From NCBI RefSeq assembly GCF_048403405.1, contig NZ_CP183129.1: a stretch of 64,000 nt of DNA. The stretch is one strand, 5' to 3'. The translations under genes and the position numbers were made by a program. Within the stretch, counting starts at the first letter, position 1, and each line of letters begins with the position of its first letter. Shown piece by piece: positions 11,066-22,185 of this stretch. Under the pieces are notes generated by a model that saw only the letters and a list, made by a program, of their open reading frames with translations, was not told where the DNA came from and did no database searches. This DNA comes from Escherichia coli (lineage in GTDB: Bacteria; Pseudomonadota; Gammaproteobacteria; Enterobacterales; Enterobacteriaceae).

Positions 11066-13906
11066 ATGAAGCCGCTCTCTTCACCGTTACAGCAGTACTG
11101 GCAGACCGTTGTTGAGCGGCTGCCAGAGCCTTTAGCCGAGGAATCACTTAGCGCACAGGCGAAGTCAGTACTTACTTTTAGTGATTTTGTGCAGGACAGC
11201 GTGATTGCGCATCCTGAGTGGCTGACGGAACTGCAAAGCCAGCCGCCGCAGGCCGACGAATGGCAGCATTACGCAGCATGGTTGCAGGAGGCGCTCAGTA
11301 ATGTGAGTGACGAAGCCGGGTTAATGCGCGAGCTGCGGCTATTCCGGCGGCGCATTATGGTGCGCATCGCCTGGGCGCAAACGCTGGCATTGGTTACTGA
11401 AGAGAGCATTTTGCAGCAGCTCAGCCATCTGGCGGAGACGCTGATTGTTGCGGCGCGTGACTGGCTGTATGACGCCTGCTGCCGCGAATGGGGAACGCCG
11501 TGCAATGCGCAGGGCGAAGCGCAACCGCTGCTGATTTTAGGCATGGGTAAGCTGGGCGGTGGGGAACTGAATTTCTCATCAGATATCGATCTGATTTTTG
11601 CCTGGCCGGAACATGGTTGTACGCAGGGCGGACGCCGGGAACTGGATAACGCCCAGTTTTTTACCCGCATGGGGCAGCGGCTGATTAAAGTGCTGGATCA
11701 ACCAACGCAGGATGGCTTCGTCTATCGCGTGGATATGCGACTGCGTCCGTTTGGCGAAAGTGGCCCGCTGGTGCTGAGCTTTGCGGCACTGGAAGATTAT
11801 TACCAGGAGCAGGGGCGCGACTGGGAGCGTTACGCGATGGTCAAGGCGCGGATTATGGGCGATAGCGAAGGCGTCTATGCTAACGAGTTGCGTGCGATGC
11901 TGCGCCCGTTTGTTTTCCGTCGTTACATCGATTTCAGCGTGATTCAGTCGCTGCGCAACATGAAAGGGATGATTGCCCGTGAAGTGCGTCGGCGCGGTTT
12001 GACCGACAATATCAAACTTGGCGCGGGTGGCATTCGTGAAATTGAATTTATCGTCCAGGTATTCCAGCTCATTCGCGGCGGGCGCGAACCGTCGCTGCAA
12101 TCGCGCTCTTTACTGCCAACGCTCAGCGCCATTGCCGCGCTGCATCTGCTTTCTGAAAACGATGCTGAACAATTGCGAGTGGCGTATCTGTTCCTGCGGC
12201 GTCTGGAAAACCTGCTGCAAAGCATTAACGACGAACAAACCCAGACGCTTCCTTCTGATGAGCTTAACCGTGCGCGGCTGGCGTGGGCGATGGACTTTGC
12301 TGACTGGCCGCAACTGACCGGGGCGCTGACCGGACATATAACCAATGTGCGCCGGGTGTTTAATGAATTGATTGGCGACGACGAAAGCGAAACACAGGAA
12401 GAGTCGCTGTCGGAACAGTGGCGTGAGCTGTGGCAGGATGCGTTGCAGGAAGATGACACTACGCCAGTGCTGGCGCATCTTAGCGAAGATGATCGCAAAC
12501 AGGTGCTGACGCTGATTGCTGATTTCCGCAAAGAGCTGGATAAGCGTACCATCGGGCCGCGCGGGCGTCAGGTGCTCGACCATCTGATGCCGCATCTGCT
12601 AAGTGATGTCTGTGCGCGTGAAGACGCTGTTGTCACGCTGTCGCGCATTACCGCCTTGCTGGTGGGGATTGTTACCCGCACCACCTATTTAGAATTGCTC
12701 AGTGAATTCCCCGCGGCGCTTAAGCATTTGATTTCTCTGTGTGCCGCATCGCCGATGATTGCCAGCCAACTGGCGCGTTATCCATTATTGCTGGACGAAC
12801 TGCTCGATCCAAACACTCTCTACCAACCGACGGCGACGGATGCCTACCGTGATGAACTGCGCCAGTATTTGCTGCGTGTGCCGGAAGATGACGAAGAACA
12901 ACAGCTTGAGGCGCTGCGTCAGTTCAAACAGGCGCAACTGTTACGTATTGCGGCAGCGGATATCGCCGGTACGCTACCGGTAATGAAAGTGAGCGATCAC
13001 TTAACCTGGCTGGCGGAGGCTATGATAGATGCCGTCGTTCAGCAGGCGTGGGTTCAAATGGTTGCCCGCTACGGTAAGCCAAATCACCTGAACGAACGCG
13101 AAGGGCGTGGTTTTGCGGTGGTCGGCTACGGCAAGCTGGGCGGCTGGGAGTTAGGCTACAGTTCCGATCTTGACCTGATCTTCCTCCATGATTGCCCAAT
13201 GGATGCGATGACTGACGGCGAGCGGGAAATCGACGGGCGACAGTTTTATCTGCGTCTGGCGCAACGCATTATGCATCTGTTCAGTACGCGAACCTCTTCC
13301 GGCATTTTGTATGAGGTGGATGCACGGTTGCGTCCGTCCGGGGCGGCGGGAATGCTGGTGACATCCGCAGAAGCGTTTGCCGATTATCAGAAAAACGAGG
13401 CCTGGACGTGGGAACATCAGGCGCTGGTGCGTGCGCGTGTAGTGTACGGCGATCCGCAGCTCACCGCGCACTTTGACGCAGTACGCCGGGAGATTATGAC
13501 GCTGCCGCGCGAAGGCAAAACCCTGCAAACAGAAGTGCGGGAAATGCGCGAGAAAATGCGTGCCCATCTCGGCAATAAACATCGCGATCGCTTTGATATC
13601 AAAGCCGATGAAGGCGGAATTACCGATATCGAATTTATTACTCAATATCTGGTGTTGCGCTACGCTCATGAAAAACCGAAGTTAACGCGCTGGTCAGACA
13701 ACGTGCGCATTCTGGAACTACTGGCGCAAAACGACATTATGGAAGAGCAGGAAGCGATGGCGCTGACCCGTGCTTACACGACGCTGCGCGATGAACTTCA
13801 TCATCTGGCATTACAGGAATTGCCGGGCCATGTGTCGGAGGATTGCTTCACCGCAGAGCGTGAACTGGTGCGGGCAAGCTGGCAGAAGTGGCTGGTGGAA
13901 GAATGA
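11066..13906 (+). CDS. glnE: glutamine synthetase adenylyltransferase/adenylyl-removing enzyme
   Basis: 946 aa from [13 protein letters not shown] (ORF track extends upstream in frame to 10862, overlapping ygiF); two nucleotidyltransferase GS/GG motifs. Confidence 0.92.
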   Translation: MKPLSSPLQQYWQTVVERLPEPLAEESLSAQAKSVLTFSDFVQDSVIAHPEWLTELQSQPPQADEWQHYAAWLQEALSNVSDEAGLMRELRLFRRRIMVRIAWAQTLALVTEESILQQLSHLAETLIVAARDWLYDACCREWGTPCNAQGEAQPLLILGMGKLGGGELNFSSDIDLIFAWPEHGCTQGGRRELDNAQFFTRMGQRLIKVLDQPTQDGFVYRVDMRLRPFGESGPLVLSFAALEDYYQEQGRDWERYAMVKARIMGDSEGVYANELRAMLRPFVFRRYIDFSVIQSLRNMKGMIAREVRRRGLTDNIKLGAGGIREIEFIVQVFQLIRGGREPSLQSRSLLPTLSAIAALHLLSENDAEQLRVAYLFLRRLENLLQSINDEQTQTLPSDELNRARLAWAMDFADWPQLTGALTGHITNVRRVFNELIGDDESETQEESLSEQWRELWQDALQEDDTTPVLAHLSEDDRKQVLTLIADFRKELDKRTIGPRGRQVLDHLMPHLLSDVCAREDAVVTLSRITALLVGIVTRTTYLELLSEFPAALKHLISLCAASPMIASQLARYPLLLDELLDPNTLYQPTATDAYRDELRQYLLRVPEDDEEQQLEALRQFKQAQLLRIAAADIAGTLPVMKVSDHLTWLAEAMIDAVVQQAWVQMVARYGKPNHLNEREGRGFAVVGYGKLGGWELGYSSDLDLIFLHDCPMDAMTDGEREIDGRQFYLRLAQRIMHLFSTRTSSGILYEVDARLRPSGAAGMLVTSAEAFADYQKNEAWTWEHQALVRARVVYGDPQLTAHFDAVRREIMTLPREGKTLQTEVREMREKMRAHLGNKHRDRFDIKADEGGITDIEFITQYLVLRYAHEKPKLTRWSDNVRILELLAQNDIMEEQEAMALTRAYTTLRDELHHLALQELPGHVSEDCFTAERELVRASWQKWLVEE

Positions 13907-13953
13907 AGTATGGTATTATCGCGCGCAAATTTTGAATCTCTCAGGAGACAGGA

Positions 13954-15387
13954 ATGAAAGTAACGCTGCCAGAGTTTGAACGTGCAGGAGTGATGGTGGT
14001 TGGTGATGTGATGCTGGATCGTTACTGGTACGGTCCCACCAGCCGTATCTCGCCGGAAGCGCCGGTGCCCGTGGTTAAAGTAAATACCATCGAAGAACGT
14101 CCGGGCGGCGCGGCTAACGTGGCGATGAATATCGCTTCTCTCGGTGCTAATGCACGCCTGGTCGGGTTGACGGGCATTGACGATGCGGCGCGCGCGCTGA
14201 GTAAATCTCTGGCCGACGTCAACGTCAAATGCGACTTCGTTTCTGTACCGACGCATCCGACCATCACCAAATTACGGGTACTTTCCCGCAACCAACAGCT
14301 GATCCGTCTGGATTTTGAAGAAGGTTTCGAAGGGGTTGATCCGCAGCCGCTGCACGAGCGGATTAATCAGGCGCTGAGTTCGATTGGCGCGCTGGTGCTT
14401 TCTGACTACGCCAAAGGTGCGCTGGCAAGCGTACAGCAGATGATCCAACTGGCGCGTAAAGCGGGTGTTCCGGTGCTGATTGATCCAAAAGGCACCGATT
14501 TTGAGCGCTACCGCGGCGCTACGCTGTTAACGCCGAATCTCTCGGAATTTGAAGCTGTTGTCGGTAAATGTAAGACCGAAGAAGAGATTGTTGAACGCGG
14601 CATGAAACTGATTGCCGATTACGAACTCTCGGCTCTGTTAGTGACCCGTTCCGAACAGGGTATGTCGCTGCTGCAACCGGGCAAAACGCCGCTGCATATG
14701 CCAACTCAGGCGCAGGAAGTGTATGACGTTACCGGTGCGGGCGACACGGTGATTGGTGTCCTGGCGGCAACGCTGGCGGCGGGTAATTCGCTGGAAGAAG
14801 CCTGCTTCTTTGCTAATGCGGCGGCAGGCGTAGTGGTCGGCAAACTGGGGACATCCACGGTTTCGCCGATCGAGCTGGAAAACGCAGTACGTGGACGTGC
14901 AGATACCGGCTTTGGTGTGATGACCGAAGAGGAACTGAAGCTTGCTGTGGCGGCGGCGCGTAAACGCGGCGAAAAGGTGGTGATGACCAACGGCGTCTTC
15001 GACATTCTCCATGCCGGGCACGTCTCCTATCTGGCAAATGCCCGCAAACTGGGTGACCGCCTGATTGTCGCTGTGAACAGCGATGCCTCCACCAAACGGC
15101 TGAAAGGGGATTCCCGCCCCGTTAACCCGCTCGAACAGCGTATGATTGTGCTGGGCGCACTGGAAGCGGTCGACTGGGTGGTGTCGTTTGAAGAAGACAC
15201 GCCGCAGCGCTTAATTGCCGGGATCCTGCCAGACCTGCTGGTGAAAGGTGGCGACTATAAACCAGAAGAGATTGCCGGGAGTAAAGAAGTCTGGGCCAAC
15301 GGCGGCGAAGTGCTGGTGCTCAACTTTGAAGACGGTTGCTCGACGACCAACATCATCAAGAAGATCCAACAGGATAAAAAAGGCTAA
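13954..15387 (+). CDS. hldE: bifunctional D-glycero-beta-D-manno-heptose-7-phosphate kinase / heptose-1-phosphate adenylyltransferase
   Basis: 477-aa ORF, PfkB kinase N-domain plus cytidylyltransferase C-domain. Confidence 0.92.
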   Translation: MKVTLPEFERAGVMVVGDVMLDRYWYGPTSRISPEAPVPVVKVNTIEERPGGAANVAMNIASLGANARLVGLTGIDDAARALSKSLADVNVKCDFVSVPTHPTITKLRVLSRNQQLIRLDFEEGFEGVDPQPLHERINQALSSIGALVLSDYAKGALASVQQMIQLARKAGVPVLIDPKGTDFERYRGATLLTPNLSEFEAVVGKCKTEEEIVERGMKLIADYELSALLVTRSEQGMSLLQPGKTPLHMPTQAQEVYDVTGAGDTVIGVLAATLAAGNSLEEACFFANAAAGVVVGKLGTSTVSPIELENAVRGRADTGFGVMTEEELKLAVAAARKRGEKVVMTNGVFDILHAGHVSYLANARKLGDRLIVAVNSDASTKRLKGDSRPVNPLEQRMIVLGALEAVDWVVSFEEDTPQRLIAGILPDLLVKGGDYKPEEIAGSKEVWANGGEVLVLNFEDGCSTTNIIKKIQQDKKG

Positions 15388-15466
15388 CCGGAAAGCGTTT
15401 CACAGATCTCGCTTCGTACCTGGCAGGCCTATTGACGCTGTTGTTTTTTCAACCTAGAGTAAAGGA

Positions 15467-15615
15467 ACAAGGGTAAGGGAGGATTTCTCCCCCCTCTGAT
15501 GAGTTGTTAGTAAGTCGGGAAACTTAACAGTAACAACACAACCAGTATGATGACGAACTTCATCATAACCCTTTCCTTCTGTAAGGCCCCTTCTTCGGGA
15601 GGGGCTTTCCCGTTT
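15467..15615 (+). ncRNA. sibD: Sib-family antisense sRNA (antitoxin of ibs), copy 1
   Basis: -35 TTGACG (15432-15437), 17-bp spacer, -10 TAGAGT (15455-15460); intrinsic terminator hairpin GGCCCC..GGGGC plus T-run near 15585-15615; fully antisense to the ibs ORF; copy assignment D versus E uncertain. Confidence 0.6.
15507..15566 (-). CDS. ibsD: Ibs-family type I toxin peptide (19 aa, MMKFVIILVVLLLLSFPTY)
   Basis: manual reverse-strand translation; hydrophobic 19-aa peptide characteristic of Ibs toxins; not in the supplied ORF track (too short). Confidence 0.7.
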   Translation of the reverse strand: MMKFVIILVVLLLLSFPTY

Positions 15616-15842
15616 CAGCCCCTTGCTGACTCCCCGATTGTTGATGAGCGCCGGACCCCGCGCAACGCTTTCCCTGAGGCAGTTTTGCCTTCCCCGAGTG
15701 GTCACGCAAAACGCTGCAACAGCCTGATCATTTGCACCTTTTAGCGGAACGCAGATATAAAAAATCCCCGGCTTTTTGGGCCAGGGATATGTGTTAATGA
15801 AACCTTCTTGACGCTGATTTTTTTTCAACCTAAAGTAAAGGA

Positions 15843-15992
15843 ACAAGGGTGAGGGAGGATTTCTCCCCCCTCTGATTGGCTGTTAATAAGTGGCGAAACT
15901 TACAAGTAACAACACAATCAGTATGATGACGAGCTTCATCATAACCCTTTCCTTCTGTAAGGCCCCTTCCTCGGGAGGGGCTTTCCCGTTTC
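15843..15992 (+). ncRNA. sibE: Sib-family antisense sRNA, copy 2
   Basis: repeat of copy 1: -35 TTGACG (15808-15813), -10 TAAAGT (15831-15836), terminator hairpin near 15961-15992. Confidence 0.6.
15883..15942 (-). CDS. ibsE: Ibs-family type I toxin peptide (19 aa, MMKLVIILIVLLLVSFATY)
   Basis: manual reverse-strand translation of second repeat unit. Confidence 0.7.
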   Translation of the reverse strand: MMKLVIILIVLLLVSFATY

Positions 15993-16133
15993 AGCCCTTT
16001 GCTGACTTCCCGATTGTTGATGAGCGTCAGACCCCGCGCAATGCTTTCCCAGAGGCAGTTTTGCCTTCCCCGAGCGGTCACGCAAAAGGCTGCAACGACC
16101 TGAGCATTTGCAGTTTTTTTGCGGAATGCAGAT

Positions 16134-16170
16134 ATAAAAAATCCCCGGCTTTTTGGGCCAGGGATGTTCA
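16134..16170 (-). terminator. intrinsic terminator downstream of yqiK, embedded in sib/ibs repeat unit; same hairpin repeated at 15754-15790
   Basis: minus-strand hairpin tccctggc / gccgggga followed by T-run. Confidence 0.55.
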
Positions 16171-16181
16171 TAGTTGAAAAT

Positions 16182-17843
16182 TTATTCTACGTTTTCGGCG
16201 ACGGGAGTTGTTGAGGTTAAGGGTGAAGTCAATGCCGCCAGCGAGCCGCCAGAAACACCGATTTCATTGAGCAAGGAGTCAATCAGTGGTGCCTGTGTGC
16301 GGTAAGAGAGTGCGGCAGACAATGCCTGTTCTGCCAGGTTTCCGCCACTAACGCTGCCTGATGCTGCATCCCCCGCAGCACCACCTCGGTTTAATCCATC
16401 GACCTGAATAATCTTGATGCCGTCGATAGACTTCATCGGCTCAACGGATTTCTCTATTACTGCAGGTAACGACTGTAATAGCGCCAGTTTGAATTTAAGG
16501 CTGGTTTGTTCATCAGAAAGTACGTTGATAGCGTCGTTCAGCGCACGTTGCGCTTCTGCTTCCGCCAGACCCTTTTTACGCGTAGCTTCGGCTAACTCAA
16601 CGATTGCCGCCGCCTGCATCTCTGCGGCTTCTTTCTCTGCTTTCGCCCGCACGGTCAGTTCAACCGCTTTGGTTTCTGCATCCTGCGCGGCAGCGATTAG
16701 GGCAACTTGTTTAGCACGATCGGCTTCTGCGGTCTGGCGAGTTGTTTCTACGTTTTGCTGGGCGCTTACCGCTTCTGCAAGTGCAAGGTTGGCACGCGCT
16801 TCCGCTTGTGACTGCTGTTCCGATTTGGCGGCAATAGCGATCGATTTCGTCTGGTTGGCGATTTCGGTGACCTGCTGCTGTTCGATCTCTTTAATGCGAA
16901 CTTCACGTTCAGCTTCAACTTTTCTGGAACGGACGGCCTGTTCGCGGTCGATTTCCGTTTCCTGAATCTGTCGTTCAGCCAGAATTCGCGTCTGCTCTGC
17001 TTCCCGACGACGCTCGGCCTCAAAAGCCGCAATTTTCGCATTCTGCTCAGCGGTACGGGTTTTAACCTGCTGCTCCTGCTCAAGCGTCATAAACGCTTCT
17101 TGTTGTTCAATCTCCAGCTTCCGCGAAAGCGCATCACGGTTTTTCTCACGCACCGCAACTTCTACATCCTGTTCAACTTCGTTACGTTCGCGACGACGGC
17201 GCTCCGTCTCCTGCGTCAGCTTGGTTAAACCTTCGGCGTCAAAGGCGTTGTTAGGATTGAAATGTTCTTTCGACGTCTGGTTAAAGTTGGTAAGTGAAAC
17301 GCTTTCCAGTTCCAGACCGTTTTTCGACAGATCTTCAGCTACGGTATTTTGTACTCCCTGCACGAAGTTCTCGCGGGTATCCTGTAACTCATGCATGGTC
17401 ATTTGTGCAGCTGTTGCACGGAGGGCATCGACGAATTTATCTTCAACCAACATACGTAAATCTTCTGGTGATAGCGTGCGTTGCCCCAACGTTTGGGCAG
17501 CGGTGGCAATCCCTTCTACTGAAGGTTTTACCCGCACAAAGAAAGCGACTACTACATCGACGCGCATACGATCTTTCGTAATCAGGCTATCAATGGTTGA
17601 GCGGCTGACTTCCAGCTTCAGAGTATTCATATTGATGGGGATTATTTCATGAAAGATCGGCATCACGATTGCGCCACCGCTCATTACCACTTTTTGCCCA
17701 CCTAAACCAGTACGAACAAAAGCTTGCTCTGCCGAAGCGCGACGATAGAGCCTGGCGAAAATAATTCCAATAATAAACAGAATGCATACGGCAATAATCG
17801 CGGTAAACATCCAGGAGGGCACAGAATTAACAATATCATCCAT
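16182..17843 (-). CDS. yqiK: flotillin-like SPFH/band-7 protein
   Basis: 553-aa ORF, N-terminal TM, SPFH domain, long Ala/Glu-rich coiled coil. Confidence 0.88.
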   Translation of the reverse strand: MDDIVNSVPSWMFTAIIAVCILFIIGIIFARLYRRASAEQAFVRTGLGGQKVVMSGGAIVMPIFHEIIPINMNTLKLEVSRSTIDSLITKDRMRVDVVVAFFVRVKPSVEGIATAAQTLGQRTLSPEDLRMLVEDKFVDALRATAAQMTMHELQDTRENFVQGVQNTVAEDLSKNGLELESVSLTNFNQTSKEHFNPNNAFDAEGLTKLTQETERRRRERNEVEQDVEVAVREKNRDALSRKLEIEQQEAFMTLEQEQQVKTRTAEQNAKIAAFEAERRREAEQTRILAERQIQETEIDREQAVRSRKVEAEREVRIKEIEQQQVTEIANQTKSIAIAAKSEQQSQAEARANLALAEAVSAQQNVETTRQTAEADRAKQVALIAAAQDAETKAVELTVRAKAEKEAAEMQAAAIVELAEATRKKGLAEAEAQRALNDAINVLSDEQTSLKFKLALLQSLPAVIEKSVEPMKSIDGIKIIQVDGLNRGGAAGDAASGSVSGGNLAEQALSAALSYRTQAPLIDSLLNEIGVSGGSLAALTSPLTSTTPVAENVE

Positions 17844-17869
17844 TATTAAATTTCCTTTTGATTAATAAA

Positions 17870-18499
17870 TTACAATATTTGGGGCCAGGGATTGTTTTCC
17901 GCCAAATATCGCGTTGCAGAAAGTCGGCAAATAATTAACACTTTGTCTCCTTTAGTGAAAATTTTTCCTTCTTCAGGCTCTAGTAGTAAATAATGTATTT
18001 GGCCAAATTGATCGGTGAGTTTTCCTTCGCAGGGATTACCTGAAGTGGCCTGATGACCGGTAATTAACGCCATGCTACCAATATATTCTTCTTCTGTAAT
18101 AGCTGAACTATGGTCGCGTGGAATCCAGGGCGCAACTATTTTACCGGTATAATGCACCGCAATAATCGTAAACAGTAAACTGACAGGAACCACGAACAGG
18201 TTCGAAAGTGGTGATTGCCAGACCATGAGGCAGGCATGCTGCAACAGGATGCCAATAAGACCAAAAAAACCAGCCAGTAAGCAAAGAACGACGAGAGCTG
18301 GCAATCTTCCGATATTGAGATAATGAAGTGCCTGGCTAATATGACCTGTGGTTATGGAATCATAATGGTCAAGATGTGCATCAAGTGCACCGGAGATCAT
18401 GTGACCGCAGATAAGCGCAAAAATTTCTAAAAGGCCGATCAACAGTACAAAGGAAATAGCGAAAAGATAAGGGGTGTTATAGTCGGCGAATAAAATCAT
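17870..18499 (-). CDS. yqiJ: NfeD-like inner membrane protein (partner of YqiK)
   Basis: 209-aa membrane ORF directly upstream of yqiK, operon arrangement. Confidence 0.85.
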   Translation of the reverse strand: MILFADYNTPYLFAISFVLLIGLLEIFALICGHMISGALDAHLDHYDSITTGHISQALHYLNIGRLPALVVLCLLAGFFGLIGILLQHACLMVWQSPLSNLFVVPVSLLFTIIAVHYTGKIVAPWIPRDHSSAITEEEYIGSMALITGHQATSGNPCEGKLTDQFGQIHYLLLEPEEGKIFTKGDKVLIICRLSATRYLAENNPWPQIL

Positions 18500-18768
18500 A
18501 TGTCACTCCAATGTCCATTTAGTGACGCAATATTTACTTTGGGATAGTTTCCTTGCTTACATTTATCTTTGTTAATAATAACACATGTTAGATAAGTTCT
18601 GGAAGAGAAAGTCTTTTAATATGGTTTTTTATTTTTTCACTAAAAAGTGTGATCGGGGACAATATATTTACGCACGTTATGTTTAAAGGCACTACACTGA
18701 TTGGGGAATACTGAAATCAGAAAAAGCATATGGCCTTAAAAGGTATGCGATAACCGGAGGATGTGCTT

Positions 18769-18969
18769 ATGGATCATAGTCTTAATTCTTTAAATAATTT
18801 CGATTTCCTGGCGCGTAGTTTTGCCAGAATGCACGCAGAAGGTCGCCCGGTCGATATTCTGGCCGTTACTGGTAACATGGATGAAGAACATAGAACCTGG
18901 TTTTGCGCACGTTATGCCTGGTATTGCCAACAGATGATGCAAACCAGAGAACTTGAATTAGAACACTGA
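18769..18969 (+). CDS. glgS: surface composition regulator GlgS
   Basis: 66 aa from [31 protein letters not shown]. Confidence 0.88.
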
Positions 18970-18972
18970 TAT

Positions 18973-19000
18973 TACGGGCCGTCTGGCCCGTTTTTGTGTT
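18973..19000. terminator. bidirectional intrinsic terminator between convergent glgS and ubiK
   Basis: hairpin acgggccgtctggcccgt followed by ttttt. Confidence 0.7.
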
Positions 19001-19003
19001 GCT

Positions 19004-19303
19004 TTATTCTGCTTTATCAATAGGCGGGATAGCCGGAGGAGATTGAAGATCTGCTACCGAATTATTGCGCGCTTCCAGTTCACTGATGCGCTGCTCCAGT
19101 AACGCCAGTTTTTCACGAGTCCGTAACAGGACTTGCGTCTGAACGTCGAATTCTTCGCGGCTTACCAGATCGAGACGCGTCAGCTGCGCTTGTAGGGTTT
19201 GGCGGATTTTTTTCTCCACATCTTCCCCGAACTCCCTGATTCCTTTAGGCATTGATTCGTGAACCTGGCGAGCGATTTGCTCAATTTTTTTCGGGTCAAT
19301 CAT
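19004..19303 (-). CDS. ubiK: ubiquinone biosynthesis accessory factor UbiK (BMFP/YqiC family)
   Basis: 99 aa from [42 protein letters not shown] upstream; ORF track extends to 19363. Confidence 0.85.
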   Translation of the reverse strand: MIDPKKIEQIARQVHESMPKGIREFGEDVEKKIRQTLQAQLTRLDLVSREEFDVQTQVLLRTREKLALLEQRISELEARNNSVADLQSPPAIPPIDKAE

Positions 19304-19426
19304 TGTAGTTTCCCTGTACTGATAGGTGTTGAGTGCCATTGTAGTGCGATAAGGGTAAGTCATAAACCAGAATTATGTGAAGCTATGCGTTGCTGCCGCT
19401 AATCATTAGCGTTATAGTGAATCCGC

Positions 19427-19665
19427 TTATTCTCAGGGCGGGGCGAAATTCCCCACCGGCGGTAAATCAACTCAGTTGAAAGCCCGCGAGCGCTTTGGGT
19501 GCGAACTCAAAGGACAGCAGATCCGGTGTAATTCCGGGGCCGACGGTTAGAGTCCGGATGGGAGAGAGTAACGATTCTGTCGGGCATGGACCCGCTCACG
19601 TTATTTTGGCTATATGCCGCCACTCCTAAGACTGCCCTGATTCTGGTAACCATAATTTTAGTGAG
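19427..19665 (+). promoter_or_regulatory. sroG: FMN riboswitch (RFN element) in ribB leader
   Basis: conserved RFN aptamer segments ctcagggcggggcgaaattccccaccggcggt ... ggacagcagatccggtgtaattccggggccgacggttagagtccggatgggagag upstream of ribB. Confidence 0.85.
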
Positions 19666-19676
19666 GTTTTTTTACC

Positions 19677-20330
19677 ATGAATCAGACGCTACTTTCCTCT
19701 TTTGGTACGCCTTTCGAACGTGTTGAAAATGCACTGGCTGCGCTGCGTGAAGGACGCGGTGTAATGGTGCTTGATGATGAAGACCGTGAAAACGAAGGCG
19801 ATATGATCTTCCCGGCAGAAACCATGACCGTTGAGCAGATGGCGCTGACCATTCGCCACGGTAGCGGTATTGTTTGCCTGTGCATTACTGAAGATCGCCG
19901 TAAACAACTCGATCTGCCAATGATGGTAGAAAATAACACCAGCGCCTATGGCACCGGTTTTACCGTGACCATTGAAGCGGCTGAAGGTGTGACTACCGGT
20001 GTTTCTGCCGCTGACCGTATTACGACCGTTCGCGCAGCGATTGCCGATGACGCAAAACCTTCTGATCTGAATCGCCCGGGCCACGTTTTCCCACTTCGCG
20101 CTCAGGCTGGTGGTGTACTGACGCGTGGCGGTCATACTGAAGCAACTATTGATCTAATGACGCTGGCAGGCTTTAAACCGGCTGGTGTGCTGTGTGAGCT
20201 GACTAATGACGATGGCACGATGGCGCGTGCACCAGAGTGCATTGAGTTTGCCAATAAACACAATATGGCGCTCGTGACTATTGAAGACCTGGTGGCATAC
20301 CGTCAGGCACATGAGCGTAAAGCCAGCTAA
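19677..20330 (+). CDS. ribB: 3,4-dihydroxy-2-butanone 4-phosphate synthase
   Basis: 217-aa ORF, DHBP synthase motifs (RENEGD, GHTE). Confidence 0.93.
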   Translation: MNQTLLSSFGTPFERVENALAALREGRGVMVLDDEDRENEGDMIFPAETMTVEQMALTIRHGSGIVCLCITEDRRKQLDLPMMVENNTSAYGTGFTVTIEAAEGVTTGVSAADRITTVRAAIADDAKPSDLNRPGHVFPLRAQAGGVLTRGGHTEATIDLMTLAGFKPAGVLCELTNDDGTMARAPECIEFANKHNMALVTIEDLVAYRQAHERKAS

Positions 20331-20349
20331 TGAGATGAAATACTAAATA

Positions 20350-20382
20350 TGAAAATGCCGGGGTGTTCCCGGCATTTTGCTG
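20350..20382. terminator. bidirectional terminator between ribB and the fimbrial adhesin gene
   Basis: hairpin aatgccggggtgttcccggcatt flanked by A/T runs. Confidence 0.65.
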
Positions 20383-20383
20383 T

Positions 20384-21433
20384 TTAGTGGTAGTTGATTT
20401 TAACTATCAGGTCTTTCTGAAATGGGCCATAGACGAGTGGTTCACCAGGTTTTTGGGTTAATTCGGCCTGGTAATCGCGGGTTGCCATTGCCGCACTCTG
20501 ACCGGGAATATAAGTACTAAATAATTTGAACTGGTTAAATTCAATATCTTCTTGCGTTTTTTGATCAGTAATTCGCATGAGCAAGCCGTTACCTATTTCC
20601 AGATGCGTATTGTCATATAATGTATCTGAAGTAAAGAAACTGGTTGCAACATCAAACTGTTCGGTACAATCAGACGCAATGTCTTTTATGGTAGAAACGC
20701 TGAATGCTGCCTTCGGTGGGAAAGTTGCAATGGAATTCGCAGCGATCTGCCCAAAATTGACTATCTGACTTTCCGGGGAAATGCGGACGTCGACACTACA
20801 GTCAAGGAATGAAATATTATCTAACCCCGTAATCGCATAGCGTAAATTTTTCGCGTTGGGGGCCATGTTCGCCCCGCCTTCACCGTCGAATTGCAGCACG
20901 TTGACTGTGCCAAAGTTTACCGTCTGATCTCCTGCCGGGCGGCTTTTGAATTTTACATAGACGCGAAAATGGGCGTTAAATGTTACATTTTTTTGAAGAG
21001 TGCTGCCATTGCATACAGGGTCATGATAATACCCATTATAGTATTGTTCATATTTATCCAGGCACGCATGAGTATCAATTTTTTCATTTGTCCCTTCATA
21101 ATCTACACCATTATAAGTCACGCCAAATGTTAAATACGGATTATTCAACATATCGGCACTATTTATTTGGGGCAATTTGATCCAGGCATAGACATTTTCT
21201 GATGGGTTATTACTTGACCATCCTGGTGCATTGTCACAATAAACTGTGATATTAATATCTCCGCTCTCCCAAATTTTTTGCCCAGGTTGCGCATTCTCTG
21301 GAATTTTGAACGTTGGTAAATCTCCATTTATGAGGGTTGTTCCTCTGTACCCATCCTGATAGCAATCAACAGCAAAAGCTGAAACGTTAAAAAAAAGGCA
21401 AAGAATCGCCAGTAGTCGAAAAAGTGTAATCAT
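20384..21433 (-). CDS. yqiI: fimbrial tip adhesin-like protein (Yqi/EA-I type)
   Basis: 349-aa secreted ORF, last gene of chaperone-usher operon. Confidence 0.7.
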   Translation of the reverse strand: MITLFRLLAILCLFFNVSAFAVDCYQDGYRGTTLINGDLPTFKIPENAQPGQKIWESGDINITVYCDNAPGWSSNNPSENVYAWIKLPQINSADMLNNPYLTFGVTYNGVDYEGTNEKIDTHACLDKYEQYYNGYYHDPVCNGSTLQKNVTFNAHFRVYVKFKSRPAGDQTVNFGTVNVLQFDGEGGANMAPNAKNLRYAITGLDNISFLDCSVDVRISPESQIVNFGQIAANSIATFPPKAAFSVSTIKDIASDCTEQFDVATSFFTSDTLYDNTHLEIGNGLLMRITDQKTQEDIEFNQFKLFSTYIPGQSAAMATRDYQAELTQKPGEPLVYGPFQKDLIVKINYH

Positions 21434-22179
21434 ATTTTCCCCTTCTTCGCAGGAGTACTTTGGCAGAGGGACTGGACGGAATTACATACTACTTTAAACA
21501 TCTCCAGCCCGCCGTAGTCCGCCACAAAGCCTAACTGGAACGTAGAGGGCAGGTTGTTTAAGTGTTGAGTCGCAGAAGCAAATGGTGCCACCATAATACT
21601 GTCCGCACCAGGCATCAGTGTCTTGCCATTAGTGCCGATATAGCCGACGGTAATATGATAAGGCGTCGGGTTATTCAGGGTCAGCCCGGCGGCGGTGCGG
21701 GTAATCGTCACTTTTTGCAGAGGAACCATCTCTCCTTCTTTTAACTCAATCGCTTTCGGTCGCCAGAATAGTTTCAGACGGCTTTGCATGGCGATTTGCA
21801 TGACATTCTGTTCTTTGGCACGCGGCGGAATTTCCCGCACGTTATAGTAGAATAGCGTTTCTCTGTCCTGTGGTAAGTTATTTAACGAGGCCAGCGCCAT
21901 CAGGCGAATTTGTACCTGTTCATCAGGCTCAATACGTTCCATCGGCGGCAGTGTTGAAATGTAATCACGCGTTTTTTTACCGCTGGCATCTTCAATCCAC
22001 GATTGAGCAAGATAAGGATCGATTTTACTTTGGTTGGTCAGGCGAACCGTTGCGCTTTTATTCGAAGCATTAAAAATGATGCGTGTCCTGTCGGGGGAGA
22101 CAGTAGCCTGGGCAAAGTTGCAGATCCCCAGAAAACAAATCATTCCTGTTGTGATTAATGGTAATTTCATTATATTCAT
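21430..22179 (-). CDS. yqiH: periplasmic fimbrial chaperone (PapD family)
   Basis: 249-aa ORF with signal peptide and PapD-like fold motifs; 4-bp overlap with downstream gene. Confidence 0.8.
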   Translation of the reverse strand: MNIMKLPLITTGMICFLGICNFAQATVSPDRTRIIFNASNKSATVRLTNQSKIDPYLAQSWIEDASGKKTRDYISTLPPMERIEPDEQVQIRLMALASLNNLPQDRETLFYYNVREIPPRAKEQNVMQIAMQSRLKLFWRPKAIELKEGEMVPLQKVTITRTAAGLTLNNPTPYHITVGYIGTNGKTLMPGADSIMVAPFASATQHLNNLPSTFQLGFVADYGGLEMFKVVCNSVQSLCQSTPAKKGKI

Positions 22180-22185
22180 CCTGAA

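Larger units (their letters stand above)
15425..16170. repeat. two tandem sib/ibs repeat units of about 376 bp each
   Basis: 15434-15790 and 15810-16170 align nearly base for base (promoter, ibs ORF, Sib terminator and a second hairpin). Confidence 0.85.

Noticed and set aside
11269..13669. Several 130-200-aa minus-strand ORFs inside glnE (11579-12100, 11944-12552, 12110-12595, 13151-13669)
   Set aside because: All are antisense to the long, well-supported glnE frame, overlap each other in different frames, and are Arg/Ser-rich.
15454..16171. Two mutually similar minus-strand ORFs of 130 and 113 aa (15454-15846 and 15830-16171) that look like duplicated protein genes
   Set aside because: They read across the tandem sib/ibs repeat units, including terminator hairpins, and have no protein-like composition; the real coding units are the 19-aa Ibs peptides.
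16414..16965. 183-aa plus-strand Ala/Ser-rich ORF
   Set aside because: Antisense to the Ala/Glu-rich coiled-coil region of yqiK; its composition mirrors that of yqiK.
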